Positions 1 to 11,939 of a DNA stretch of 64,000 nt are shown here, piece by piece. The notes under the pieces were generated by a model. The model ran no database searches. It worked only from the letters and a program-made list of their open reading frames with translations, and had not been told where the DNA came from. Origin of the DNA: Phoronis australis (lineage: Eukaryota > Animalia > Phoronida); the NCBI GenBank assembly GCA_002633005.1, contig NMRA01000163.1:94071-158070 (forward strand). Reading direction: 5' to 3'. Positions within the stretch are counted from its first letter, which is position 1; every line of letters begins with the position of its first letter. A program made the position numbers and the translations under genes.

Positions 1-37
1 TAAAGTTTAAACTGTGTATAACAGCCCACCAGTTTAA

Positions 38-1098
38 AGGCGAAGGCAACCTTTTTTAATGTCACTTTTTGCAAAACTAAGGTTCGTTGACTTTCCCAGA
101 CGCATTTTTACTTAATTACAGCTTTTCGTAATTTGATTAATTTCTCGTCCTCTACTCCGAAAGTGACGTTTTGGGAGGCAAGAGTTTCGCGCCAATTTCA
201 TTTCATTATAGTCTGACTGTGAGGGCTGTCGAGTCACTCATTGTGCTACCTCGGTTGTGATAAGTGCGGTCGTCGTTTGCTTTTGTTTACAAGTCAGTCA
301 ACATGCCACGCTGTTGGTGCCTGCCGGGATGTACTCATTATCGTCAGACACGCGCTCTGAGTACCTTGCGTCGCTTTCCGAAGGATGACACACTTCGCCG
401 TACTTGGCTAGCTCGATCATGTGAAGAACGCAGCGCTACCCGTCCACGCAACGTACAAAGCAGTGGAGGGTGTGTGGCAAGCATTTTCTGCCGTCAGATT
501 ACAAAAGAGATGTGTACGCTGAATTGATGAAAGTCCCTACGAAACAACGCCTGAAGAAGAGTACCATAGCGTCGCTGTTGATTCCCGGCAGTGCCCCGTC
601 GCCAACCCCGAGAACTGCGATTTTAAAGCGAGAAGCCTCGCGAGCTGTGGCCACTATATACAGTGACTGGAGGCACTTCATCTACTGTCACCCGTGCCTC
701 CAAACGTACCCCATTGCGTGCAATTATTCCGGAAAGTACTGTAGCAGTGATTCGCGCTGTCCTGTTGTCTCTAACCCAGAGCCTATTGGCAGCCCTGCAG
801 CGATGTTGAGTAGTGGGAGTGAATACAGGCCCAGCACGACACCCAGTGAAGAGGACATATCGTCATCCAATGAACAGATCGGTGAGCATAACAATGACTG
901 AGTCGACTGCTCTCACAGTCAGACTATATGAAAAGAAATTGGCGCGAAACTCTTGCCTCCCAAAACGTCACTTCCGGAATAGACGACGAGTAATTAATTA
1001 AATTACGAAAAGCAGTAAATAAGTGAAAAATATGTCTGGGATAATCAACCAACCTCATTTTTGCTAAAAATGACATGAAAAAAAGGTTGCCTTCGCCT
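38..1098 (+). mobile_element. Non-autonomous Kolobok-type DNA transposon with a frameshifted THAP-domain remnant
   Basis: About 215-bp imperfect TIRs (AGGCGAAGGCAACC at 38 ... GGTTGCCTTCGCCT ending 1098). Flanks are TTAA (34-37) and ATAA (1099-1102, one mismatch). RR termini plus a TTAA TSD are Kolobok hallmarks. Confidence 0.8.
303..600 (+). pseudogene. THAP zinc-finger remnant (C-x4-C...FP...W...C-x2-H), frameshifted near 455-470
   Basis: MPRCWCLPGC...RRFPKDDTLRRTWL in one frame continues as VCGKHFLPSDY...LKKSTIASL in the next frame. Confidence 0.8.
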
Positions 1099-1427
1099 AT
1101 AATCCGAGAGTGTTTTGTGTTACATTTTTGTGCAAGAATATTGTTTAGAGGATCATGGGTGATTGTCTTCATTATTGTTGGAATGCATTGAGTGATAAAT
1201 GGTCTCAATCGGTGACTCAGTCGGTTAAGTACAGCTGCGATCGCGGTCAAAGTGCTACCAGGAAATGCTTTTCATCACTGGTCCCTTCTTCCGGTGCAGC
1301 TAACCAGCCTTTTTTCCCAAATTTCAGTTTTAGGCATTATATATGAAGGGAATGCATTGTTGAGGTTTGTGGTAGTAAGTTGTGGGTTCGGTGTACCATG
1401 TGCAACACAGTGACAGAGTATACTCAC

Positions 1428-1452
1428 CAGGGTCTGAACAGTCAGTGTGGAC
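1428..1452 (-). CDS. PAN-FReD gene copy A, exon 2 (25-nt micro-exon, VHTDCSDP+G)
   Basis: ttgcag|GTCCACACTGACTGTTCAGACCCTG|gtgagt, identical to 27136-27160 while the flanking intron has diverged. Exon 3 would lie left of the window. Confidence 0.85.
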
Positions 1453-2267
1453 CTGCAATGTAACAAAGAGAAAATTCACAATTGGCTTGGTTGTCCATGA
1501 CTTGCGCATTCATAATTAAAGGCTAACTAAAACATGCCGCAGTAGGCCTAATCATTAAATTTCGAATTAAACACGCACTCACGTGTTTTGCCTGCAGGAA
1601 AAGACGTCACTTTCGTGACCTGAATCCGACCAAACGTACCATACATGTAGCATGCAAACTGCAGTATTGATAAGACCCAGGCAGTGTGCCAGCGTTGCCG
1701 GTTGGTTGCATAAAAATCAGTCTTGAACAATCTTGAAACGAAAAAAACACCCACAAACAGAAACTTTTTTATAAAGATATGACGAGTTCAGTGTGACGTC
1801 TGTTCACTATTCACGGTGATATTATTATACGCCAGATCAAAGAACCCAGGAAGGCGATACGTCCACTGGGTGGGTTTCCAAATTTGCGATATTCACCTAA
1901 CGCTTGAAAAACGCTCCGCCGCCACTAGTCATATAGCACTTTTTTAAAGTTTATCGCAATAGACCGATATCTCAGTCTTAATTTGTGGGCATGGAAAGGC
2001 AACCAATGTTCATGGATACCACTGTGCTCTCTAGGTATCTCAATGTTCGGAAATGGCTAATATACAGTGACAGATTCACTCTGTTGGATGTGGTCAAGGG
2101 AGCCACGAGAATGACACTAAAAACTGAGGTAGTTGAACTTTGCTGGTAACCACTTAAAAATACTTGCCACACCTTGTACTCAAATCACTGTATCAAAATT
2201 ATCCATTTCCAGACAATTCAAGTGGTAGAGAACATCAGTTACACGGTTAAAACCAGGGTCGAAAATT

Positions 2268-3045
2268 AGACTGCTCTAAAATCCCCTCGACACACGACAC
2301 CCTCGACCCACACTTTTCTCGACCCACGACCCACGACTTCCTCGAAGCACGACCTGTGGCAGTAGAGGTATTTTTGCGCTTTTTACACGCAAGTATGCTT
2401 TGGTGGTCTGGCTCAAGTCTGGTGAAAGTGGCGTGAGAACGTGATCTGAAATAGTGCATTATGAGCGCGCTATCGTTGTCACGGAAATAGTTCCACGAGC
2501 GGCTACCAATACCAATAAACTTAGGGAGAGAGTAGGTTAACGTGAATGTACATAATTTCACGTTTTTATTATTTGCTCGTTTGCAATGTACTCCATATTA
2601 TATGAAATATTTTTAGCTAAGATTTTGTTTATTTCAAACTGTATTTACTGATGTAATTACAGTTTTGCGGGTTCCTCGCACTCTCCGCAAAAAGGTTGAA
2701 TCTGACATTCACAGAAGAGCAGACGAGACGTAGTAACTTTGGTAGGTCTTTGATTTAATTTGGTCGCGTTGTCTTTTTTCCTGTTTTTGACTTTCAAACT
2801 TGCCAAATCGACTCTCTTAATTGCAAAAACAGGGAAAACCCAGCCGAGCTCACGGCTCAACTCATTGGTCCAGCAAGTCAGCGTTTGTTCGATCTACAGA
2901 TCAAGTCGAGCTTCAGCAAATTTGGTCGAGGGTGTTGTAGATCGTGGGAGGAGTGGGTCGTGGGTCGAAGGGGTCAAGGGTGTCACGTGTCGAGGGGGTC
3001 GTGGGGTGTGGGGGTCGAGGGTTCGAGGTGGTTTTTGAACAATTC
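2268..3045. mobile_element. MULE/Mutator-like MITE with subterminal CTCGAC/CCACGA repeats
   Basis: 9-bp TSD TCGAAAATT (2259-2267 and 3046-3054) and imperfect TIRs. The empty site is present in the paralogous intron (about 27865-27880). Confidence 0.8.
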
Positions 3046-3850
3046 TCGAAAATTGAGCTAGATTAACCCATGAGGTTACCGAATGAAACCACAGACAAAT
3101 TTTTCAACATTGACGAATGTGTCGTGAATGAACACTGCCAGACAAATTCTGTGACGGGTCACCCTCGCCAGACAAGCCAGTTGTATAGTAAGAGGTCTTG
3201 GCGCCCCGCTTTTGCGGGTCCTCGGTCAAAGGTCATCAATCCGAAAGGAAAGGACACATGGGGATGGATACAATCGGAAGTGACATCATCCACTTACCGG
3301 ACGGAAGTGTAAATGACGTCACAGCTCATTGCGTAAAAGGTTTAATTAGACCCGTAAGATAGACACCTCGATCCAAGGTCAAGGTCATACGTGTAACCCG
3401 TAAAACGGAAGGTCGAACTGGAAATCACGTCAGTGCTGACGTCATCAGGCAGGTTAGGGCGTGGCACCGTTCATCACCCGGATGTTTTGACAATAAAAAT
3501 ACGTTGAATACGTTGTGTTTGTAGAGTTTAACTGATCGGGATTACTGTGCTCAATAAGAACTAAAGGTGGATTACCTTATTTTGCGTGCACTAATCGTCG
3601 TTGTATATTGTTCTCATCTCTCAACAACAGATGTTGCGTATATTCCGCTACAAACGATAAGGGAATAACCACCCAACTCAACAACAGATGTCGCGTAATG
3701 TCTAACCCAGGTACCGACGGTACTAAACTAATACTAATAATAAGGTGTGACCACCTAAAACAGAACATAAAATTAATATTGTTTAAACGTGTATTAATGA
3801 GAAAAGTAAATTCGATTACATTAAAAAAGCATCAAGACGTTCAGACACAA

Positions 3851-4520
3851 TTATCCGTAAATTATTAGTAGCAAATTATTAAATGTTCCGAAATAAATGT
3901 TCAAAGGTCCAGTGGTGACGCCGTCGTCGAACACTTGTCTTTTTGGATAAAAGTAGGTGAATGCGCACTTTTCTTGCAGGTACATGTACATGTAGGTATA
4001 CATAGTGTTATCGCCTCCTAACCGAAATCCTTTGTTGAGGGCCCAGCTACTCTTCGTGGTCTGTAACACTTTGAGAGATCTCGCCTTGTCGATTTCATTT
4101 CTCTGTTGTTGTACTCCTTTACAGCTAAAATGCAATTTACCGTCGTCCGTCCCCACGCAATTTGTTTTAGAGCAAAGCGCCATGCAGTAGACCCCTTCGA
4201 ATTGCAACTTCAATAAGCATGGCGTGCGCCTGTCGTAGGCCTCGTTTTCTTCCGTGTCTGTTAGCGGAAACCAAAGATGCTTTTCCCTCTCGAAAGGTGC
4301 TCGCATGTCTGGTTTAATCACGTCCTCTAGACAGTTACCAGATATAGGCATGTGCGCTGAGTCTGTGTCCATCTCGCAATATTCGAAATCAGATCTGTCG
4401 ACGAATCTTAACATGAAGTCGTAGTAAAACTCCAACATGCGCACCTTCGCGTACTGATGAACAAAGAAGCCTATTTGAAGCGGCATGTTCAGGCGGATGG
4501 TCTTCTTTTTCTTCACCAAT
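3851..4520 (-). pseudogene. Protein-primed family B DNA polymerase, C-terminal part
   Basis: LQIGFFVHQYAKVRMLEFYYDF, YCEMDTDS (PolB motif C), ALCSKT, SCKGVQQ, FYPKRQVFDDGVTTGPL. Confidence 0.9.
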
Positions 4521-7500
4521 GGGGCTATTCGGAAAATCTGCAATAACTAGAGGGCGTGCGCGTACTAGTGGTGATAGATTAACAGCCTCGATTTCGCGAG
4601 CCCTTTAAATACATGGTGAAATGGCTTGCAGCCGTGCCAACTGAATCTGAGATTGCGTAAAAAGGGTGCTTCTATGAGAGGAAGTGAGCACGGCCTCATA
4701 CAAAGGTAAGGTTTGTGATTATTTTAACGATTATTCCATGATTATTCTACTGATGCCTGTTAACTGAGGCACTCGCCGATGTCGACTTCGCGGCAGTCGG
4801 TCGCCAGCCAGAGTCTGGTTAATCTTTGTATGTTGTGATATGCGATACGATACTTGACGTAGCAATCGGGATCTTTTCGTACATCAAAGCATTAGTATTG
4901 TTTGGAATGATTTCTAAAAGTTTATCAGTGACAGTTACATCAATCAATGCTGAATGTTTATGCTGTCAACTCGATACAGGTTAATGAGTTAAGATTACAA
5001 TCCAATCCTAATGGCAAAGGGTACGTGAGTGATAAACATCCATTGCATTAGACTATTTGTTTAGTCCCTATCATATGTCTTCTAGAAATCTATTACACGT
5101 TGAAATGGAAATATATAACGTCAGTTTTCACGTAACCTTTGTTTTTTAGGTTTGAAGGCTTGTACCGTGCAGAGGAGATATGCATCGCTTCTGCACCGTC
5201 CCTGAATGGACAAAAATTGGTTTTTAGCATTTGACTGCAGCTAACCAACAAGATCTTCCCATCCAGTGCAGATCTGTTGTCAAAGCCTGCTTTCAATATT
5301 GGAGACAACGAAAAAAGCCTTTGAAAAGGAACAGCTCTTTTTAAAGTCATTTTGTTAAATTACTTATTCAGGTCCCGAGGGGGGATTGGCATGGGGGGTT
5401 GTAATATTTGGTACAACTAAATGTGTGGAAATAACAGGTAATACATGTTTGGGGAAAAGAGCATGGTGAGGTAATTCTTAACCTTCACGAAGTCCCTTCA
5501 AGTTGATTTCATGAAACTGTTTTGCTACTTGTATCAATTGTAAAACCACGAAAATATGTTACATTTTCCGAATTCACAGTTACTGAATAGTCTTAACTCA
5601 TGCCTTGAAATGTTGCAAGTCCTTATAAATTCAAATGACTGCCATTTTTGTGAAAATTGCATTTTTGATGGTGCATTACGATTTGTAATTACTCTTAAAC
5701 AACAGAAAGATTATCCATCATTTTTAAATGACCCAAGTCTTCATATCTTCTTTTAGAAGATAAACGGTTCCCTCAACCGTAGGCTAGAAGTATGCTTGAC
5801 AGACCCATGGACCTGTAATCTGAGTTTAAAATTGCTGAAAGTATCAAAATTAAAAAGGCTTGAAAATGGGTAACAAAGGTTTGAAGTTGTCTAAAAAAAC
5901 TTGTATATTTTACAGACAAGTGATGCGTTTAAGGAATTGTTATGGCTAGGGATAAAAAATAAAGACACAAATTTATGCAATACTCATTATATACACCCTT
6001 GGTTTCTGGAAATAGTAATTATTTACTGTTATGTGAAACTGTAGACCAATCACCATATATTCTTGAAAAACAGAGATAAGATTTTTGATCCAATATGGAC
6101 TACTTAATTATTCATATTTCAATATTTGTTCCAGGTTCAGTGACATTTTAAGGCCACTTCAAGCTGTATCATAGACAAGCTCTGTTACTCCGTTCTTTTC
6201 CCACAGCACTTTCGCACACCAGCAGTGCTGCATGGCACAATGTGCAAGTCAGTGGCCCTGCAGAAATGTGAATCGCAGTACTAAGTTACCATAAGACAGT
6301 GTGCCAGTGGAGTGTCTTTGTATCCAGACGAACTATATCTGACTGCTACACAAATAAGCCTTGTTGGTGAAGATGCCCTTTCATAGGCAATGAGTCATGT
6401 GTGGACAATAGCTTATTTCCTTTCCTGGAAGAAACATGAGGGACTGAAGCTAAAGAAGACCTAGTCACACTCTGGTCTAGTTCAGATTCTGATTTTGGGC
6501 TCAAAACGATTCAAGTGGTATGCTGCTGTGTTTTCCTTCAAAGGTCTAATTGTAGATGTTATTGAGGCTGAATGAGGTTACATGAAAGAAAGCCACGTGT
6601 CGAAACTGGACCTTTTTCACAAGCGCTTCTATAGGCCATTGAAAACTAGATCCCAGTGAAATGAAAGCCAAAAGCTGAGTGACATTAAATTTTCCTTTCA
6701 GAACAAAGGGTTTATACTATTGGTAAAAACTTTTCAATTTGGTACAGATTATGGGGAAATGACATTCAGTGACTGCATCGATTGTCTTATTGTATGTTTT
6801 CAATTGTAGCTAGCTGGATAAGAATCTGCTATGCACAAGATTCGAGAATAAACAATTATCAGTGTATTTAAAAACAAATTGGCAAACTGAAAAAGCACAG
6901 AAAGAAACAACATTGCGAGAGAGTCCATAATCAGGCATATCAGGTGCTTAATTTCTGAATTGCGTTCAATTCTCTCAGGTTAATGCTGAAGGATTGCTTT
7001 TCACTTTGTCCAACGGTGAAATAGATGGTCAGGTGGTTGGTTTCAGTTGTTTTTTCTTGCCTGTAACAGAATAGAAATATTAGCAAATTGTAAAAGAAAG
7101 GACAAGACAAAACTACTTTTGTAAGGCAGAACAAAATTGACATTTCATCTTCATGTTTATGTGTAGAAACTAATAAGCTTTGTATCCAAGTCTTATTTAA
7201 TATCTGAATTAAAATATGTGAAACAGGCTAAAAGTGATTTAACAACGTGTATTTTTCATGACACTTAAAATGTGCTTCTGATCTCAACAAGTGAAATTCA
7301 TTCTAGGAGTCAATTGTTTTCCAATGCAATGTTACGACATTTACTGAATTAAGGCTTATTCATGTTAATTCGATAACTGAGCTGGTGGTCCTGGGGGTGG
7401 GGTTCACGATAAAATAAGGAAACTCACTCATCTAGAGAATTTTATTGGAAACAGCATAGTTTTGAAGAGAAAGTGCTGTGAAAAAGTCACTCTTGACTTC

Positions 7501-8040
7501 TGTGCATCACGTACCATACACCTCTTATTTTGGGAGCACTCACAAACAGGACAATATGAATATGTGCTGCTAGCCTACCCGGCATCGGGTGAGTTTCCAA
7601 AAAGAAACACTTAGTTACATTCAATAAAACTGTTATTCAGTGGAGTAACTGGTGGGGATAACATCACCGAACGGTGTTGATAGAAACTTGATTGCTAAAA
7701 ACTTACCAAGTAATGTTGTGTAGTCTCCGAATGGAACTGCATAGTCATAGACATAGAGCACACACGGGGCTTCAGCATCCACACACTTTTTGTCAGTTAG
7801 TTGACTCAGTTGACCGCAATTGTCCACGAATATAGTAACCTTAGGTCTTTTGGGAATTTGTGGCCACCTGTCGAAGACTTGCACCAGGGAAATTAGCAGT
7901 AATATGGCTTAGCGCGACGACGTATTTTGATAAAAATTCCATATTTTACCAGTTGTTTAGATGCAGACAGCCACGCATGCGCAATTCAATCACCACTAGT
8001 ACAGCAGCGACACCGCGAGGAGAATTCTCCGAATAGCCCC
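4521..8040. mobile_element. Degenerate ISL2EU-type (PIF/Harbinger-ISL2EU-Spy group) DNA transposon
   Basis: TIR GGGGCTATTCGGA at both ends and 2-bp AT TSD (4519-4520, 8041-8042). Convergent decayed ORFs: THAP on minus at about 7750-7905 (YC*FPWCKSSTGGHKFPKD...W...RVCS) and a YqaJ-like tail on plus at about 6430-6630 (GLKLKK...KGLIVDVIE...SKLDLFHKRF). Confidence 0.75.
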
Positions 8041-8850
8041 ATTCGTAGTTCCCGTCCCGGATGTAGTTGATGTGTCTAAATTCCGGGAACTGGACTTCCC
8101 GTTGAGCCTTAGCCTCTCCGCTGTACATCACGCCACGATGCCTTTCTTGATTTGTTGCCGTCTTACCATACGTGTTGTTACCTCATCGTCTGCCCTACTT
8201 TTGCTTTATTTTTGTCTTTTTCCCCTTCCTGCCTAGCGGAGCTGACTTCTTCACCAACACGCTCGAAGCATTTGACGGGAGCAAATTCAACCACTTGATA
8301 GACGTTTGTTATCTCAAAGCCGCGTACCAAGTACCATTTCAGAAGAGGGACTGCCAACAGAATTTTCTCGCCGAAGAAACTTCCCACCAGAGATCGTCGT
8401 GGTCGGCTCATGATTTTGTTACTCTCGGCATACTTGCGCATAAAGTCTCCTAGACCGTCTCTACTGATGTCTATTTTCTTGAATATAGGCTGAATTTCTG
8501 AAAAGTTCTCTTTCAGATGCCTCGGGACTTCGATGTCACATTCCACAACGCCGAACAGAGTAGCGTCTAGAACGAATATCTTTATTTGTTCGTTCGTCAA
8601 GCTGTAGAAACATTGCGTGGACAGCTCGCGTCTTCTGAGAAAAGAATGTAGGGTAGCGTCTTGCCGTTTTAGATCCTCAAATTCGCACTCCCAAATCTCT
8701 TCGTAATCGTAGACTTGATCGATGATACAGTCTCTAATTTTTCTGGTGTTTTCCATGAGCTCACTCATGGCGACGTTTCGAGTTTCGTTCCTCGTCCTCG
8801 GAGTTCCGTCGTCATTTCTCGTGAGACGGCAGTCGTGGCCGCCCAGTAAC
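8041..8850 (-). pseudogene. Protein-primed PolB, middle part (same gene as 3851-4520)
   Basis: GHDC, YEEIWECEF, FGVVECDIEVP, FSEIQPIFK, PLLKWYLVRG, then a disrupted K-x3-N-x-YGK region. Joins 4520 in frame once the ISL2EU insert is removed. Confidence 0.9.
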
Positions 8851-10299
8851 ATCCTTGGAATTGGAACACTTTGTGTCACTGGCGGCAGAAATCCTCCACT
8901 GGAATACGACGCTGACCCACCCTTTTTTCAACCCCGTTGAACTGGTGACGAATACTGATTCCTCGTGATGAGCGGTTGCCACGCCCTAACCTGCCTGATG
9001 ACGCCAGCAGTCACGTGATTTCCAATTCCACCTTCCGTTTTCCGGTTACACGTATGACCTTGAACTTGGATCGAGGTGCCTCTCTTACGGGTCAACTTAA
9101 ACCTATTACGTAATGAGCTGAGACGTCAATGACACTTCTATCCGGTAGTCGGATAAAGTCCCTTCCGATTGCATCCGTCCCTTGTGACCTTTGACTTTTC
9201 CTTTCGGATTTATGACCTATGACCGAGGGCCCGCAAAATGAGTGGCCAAAACCTCTTACTATGCTACTGGAGCCCAAACCTGCTAGTTGAGCTGGACCCG
9301 TCCAAACGATAACCGGTTGAAACAAACTGTTTGATGTCCAGCATCAATTATATGTCAGAAAATGTCAGTGGTAAGGTGTCCCTTCCAGATATACTAGAGA
9401 GATCCTGCACCCTCTGTGCGCCCCTTCCACACAGCCTGTGCAATCAAATCTACATGTACGCTAGAAAAAACATTTGTTGGAAAAGGATTTCACATTCGCA
9501 CTAAGCGTTACAAAATTGCAATTGTTTCACAGGGTTCCATTTTTTCTTATGATACATGGAAAGATATTTGCTTTGAAACCGTCTTATCGAACTAATATTT
9601 AAAAAATACATATCGCCATTAGCTTTTTAAATATGACGACAAAGGTTTGAGGAATCTTCGTTCTGTAAGTCAAGAATCTTGTTTTAGCTTCCTTGTCCAT
9701 ATGTAAATCTGGAATCGTATGTAGTTGAGAACGCCCCTCTGTAAATCGTGTCCTACATGATGTACCCGCATGTATTTGAATCCTAGAAATTGGCCCGTTT
9801 TTGTGAATTTCTGTATGCTCCGTTCACGCAGGTAGGACATATTACAGGGACATTCTTTAAGTTCACATTGGATGTGACGTGGATCCGTGTGGAACAACTG
9901 TAGTCGTGGGGCCCCTAGACAAGTGCCCCAGATTGTCCTGTGGTAAAGATGGCACTGCGCATCAAAGTGTACATGTACGTAGTTAGAGGAATCAAGCAGA
10001 CAACAATACGCAATATAGATTTTGTGTAACTCTTGATTTAAACCGTCAAATTTAATGCATATCCTAATATATATACTGCTCTCACAGCGAACAAGAAGAA
10101 CGCCCCAAGACCAATAACTATCAATCGTTCACGACAATAAAAGACGTTCTCCTTGTCCTGCTCCTCCCAGTTTGTACCTCTTATGGAGAAGACGGGTTGA
10201 GCAGACATTAATCAGTGTGAACGCTTCATGGTCTTTATCATTTGCTGCCACTAAGATTTTAGGAGATAACGCAAATAGTCAGGGCAGGTATCCCTTCGA

Positions 10300-10730
10300 G
10301 GATAAAAAGGACAGCAAACAAATGGCTTCACTCAGCGTGAAAATTGACCGAATCTGTTATGCTTTGGCGTACGATGCGTCATCTATTCTGGTTAATATTG
10401 CAACTGAGCATCCGAAGCAACGGCGGTGTCAACAGATTTTGCGACCAATAAACGTTGTCCAAACAATTTCGCTCACGGCGAGAAGAAAAAGGCTAATCGG
10501 TCTCACAAAGAACCAAGACAAACATACATATACTCCGATATTAATTCATCGCACAATCGTAATCGTCGCAAAGAGAACAGGTTTTGACATTTGGAAAGTT
10601 CTCTCACTAGACACAGATGTAGTGTATGCTAAAACAGATAAATCTATTCTGCTGAAAAAGTTTGAGTCGATGTAGACAGAAAGTGTATCAAATGGAGGGA
10701 TTCTACAGGCCTACGTGTAGGTGATTTTTT
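10300..10730 (+). mobile_element. Possible highly decayed Gypsy-type RNase H remnant
   Basis: Scattered motif echoes across frames: YDASS, NFAHGEK, KWR-ILQAY. Very degenerate. Confidence 0.3.
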
Positions 10731-10948
10731 ATGACACCAAACTGTTTCACATTCATTCGCCTCACAGACCAGAATGGGCGCAATGTACTGAAGAATTTGG
10801 ACGATCAGTACTGTCACTGGTGAATTCGGCTAGCGTTCAAGATTGAACAAATCAATCAAAGACATTGAACTGGAACAACGCGGCGTAAATATCTCCATGT
10901 AAACTTCATAAGAGAGCATGATCAAACTGTGAAGTAGGCCTCATAAAC

Positions 10949-11340
10949 GGATTGTTCTAAAACGCCCTCGACCTCCACACCCCACAACTCCTTCGACTCA
11001 CGACCCACAACTAACCTCGACCCAGTCTACACAAGCTCGAGTAGAGAACAAGCACAAACTTGCAGGACCAACGAGTCGGGGCGTGAGCTCGGCTGGCCTT
11101 TCCCTTTTAGTTTCAATTAAGAGAGTCGATTCGGCAACTTTAAAAGCCAAAAACAGTGACCTACAAACGTTACAAATAGCGTTCCCGGCAAAGAGTGATC
11201 GTCTCGTCTGCTCTTCAGTGAATGGCAGATTCAAGCTTTTTGGGGAGAGTGCGAGGAACCGACGAATGTGTCATTCCATCATTAAATACAGTTTGAAAAA
11301 ATAAGCTGTTAATTAAAAGAGTATCTTCATGTTACATGGA
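10949..11340. mobile_element. Partial inverted copy of the 2268-3045 MULE-like MITE
   Basis: Starts GGATTGTTCTAAAA; reverse-complement similarity to about 2590-3045 (e.g. AATTAAGAGAGTCGATT). Confidence 0.75.
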
Positions 11341-11939
11341 TGATGACTTCAGATACGGATGTCTTCGTGATCTTGCTTTTGACACTTGGACAACGAAAGC
11401 GATAAATATTTGCAAATACATGTAGTTTCATGCGGTTACCTCTCGTGTTGATCTAGGTTAGTTTCTGGCTCCAATTTGAAACAGTGGATTACACTGTAGA
11501 TGTTTCAAGTATTTTCAGGTGGTTAACAGAAAGATGATTTAATTCAATTTTTGTTCTTGTTTTATCCAAATTTTCTGTATCTATATACTTTGGTCACTAC
11601 AATACATACTATGCATATCACAGTAACGAAGGTTGGTGTTTTTAAAATTACACTTACTGCAATAAATAAGAACAACGCGGATAGTCGATATGTGCCAACT
11701 GTGTGCATTGCGTGTAGCGCAGCTACAAAGGACGATCATTACTTTGAACAGTCCTGTTAAAGGAAACAATGCTATGCTAGTAAACTAATGATAGCCTTTA
11801 GGTGGATGAAAAGAGAGAAAGCAATGGTATCCTAATAGGAACAAATCTGCCACATTTCATCATTTTCATCGTGACTTTTCAAGCGGTTGAAGGATAGGGA
11901 AGCAGACCGGTAGATAATTTCGTCTACGTAGTGGTTTGT

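Larger units (their letters stand above)
3179..9268 (-). mobile_element. Internally deleted Maverick/Polinton (TIRs plus part of polB only)
   Basis: About 300-bp imperfect TIRs with AGT-type termini (AGTTGTATAGTAAGAGG / CCTCTTACTATGCTACT) enclosing protein-primed PolB fragments. The 6-bp TSD is degraded (CAAGCC/GGAGCC). Absent from the paralogous intron at about 27960-27990. Confidence 0.85.

Noticed and set aside
3851-8879. PolB as a host gene or an intact endogenous virus
   Set aside because: Interrupted, frameshifted, bounded by Maverick TIRs, and no capsid, ATPase or integrase genes were recognised.
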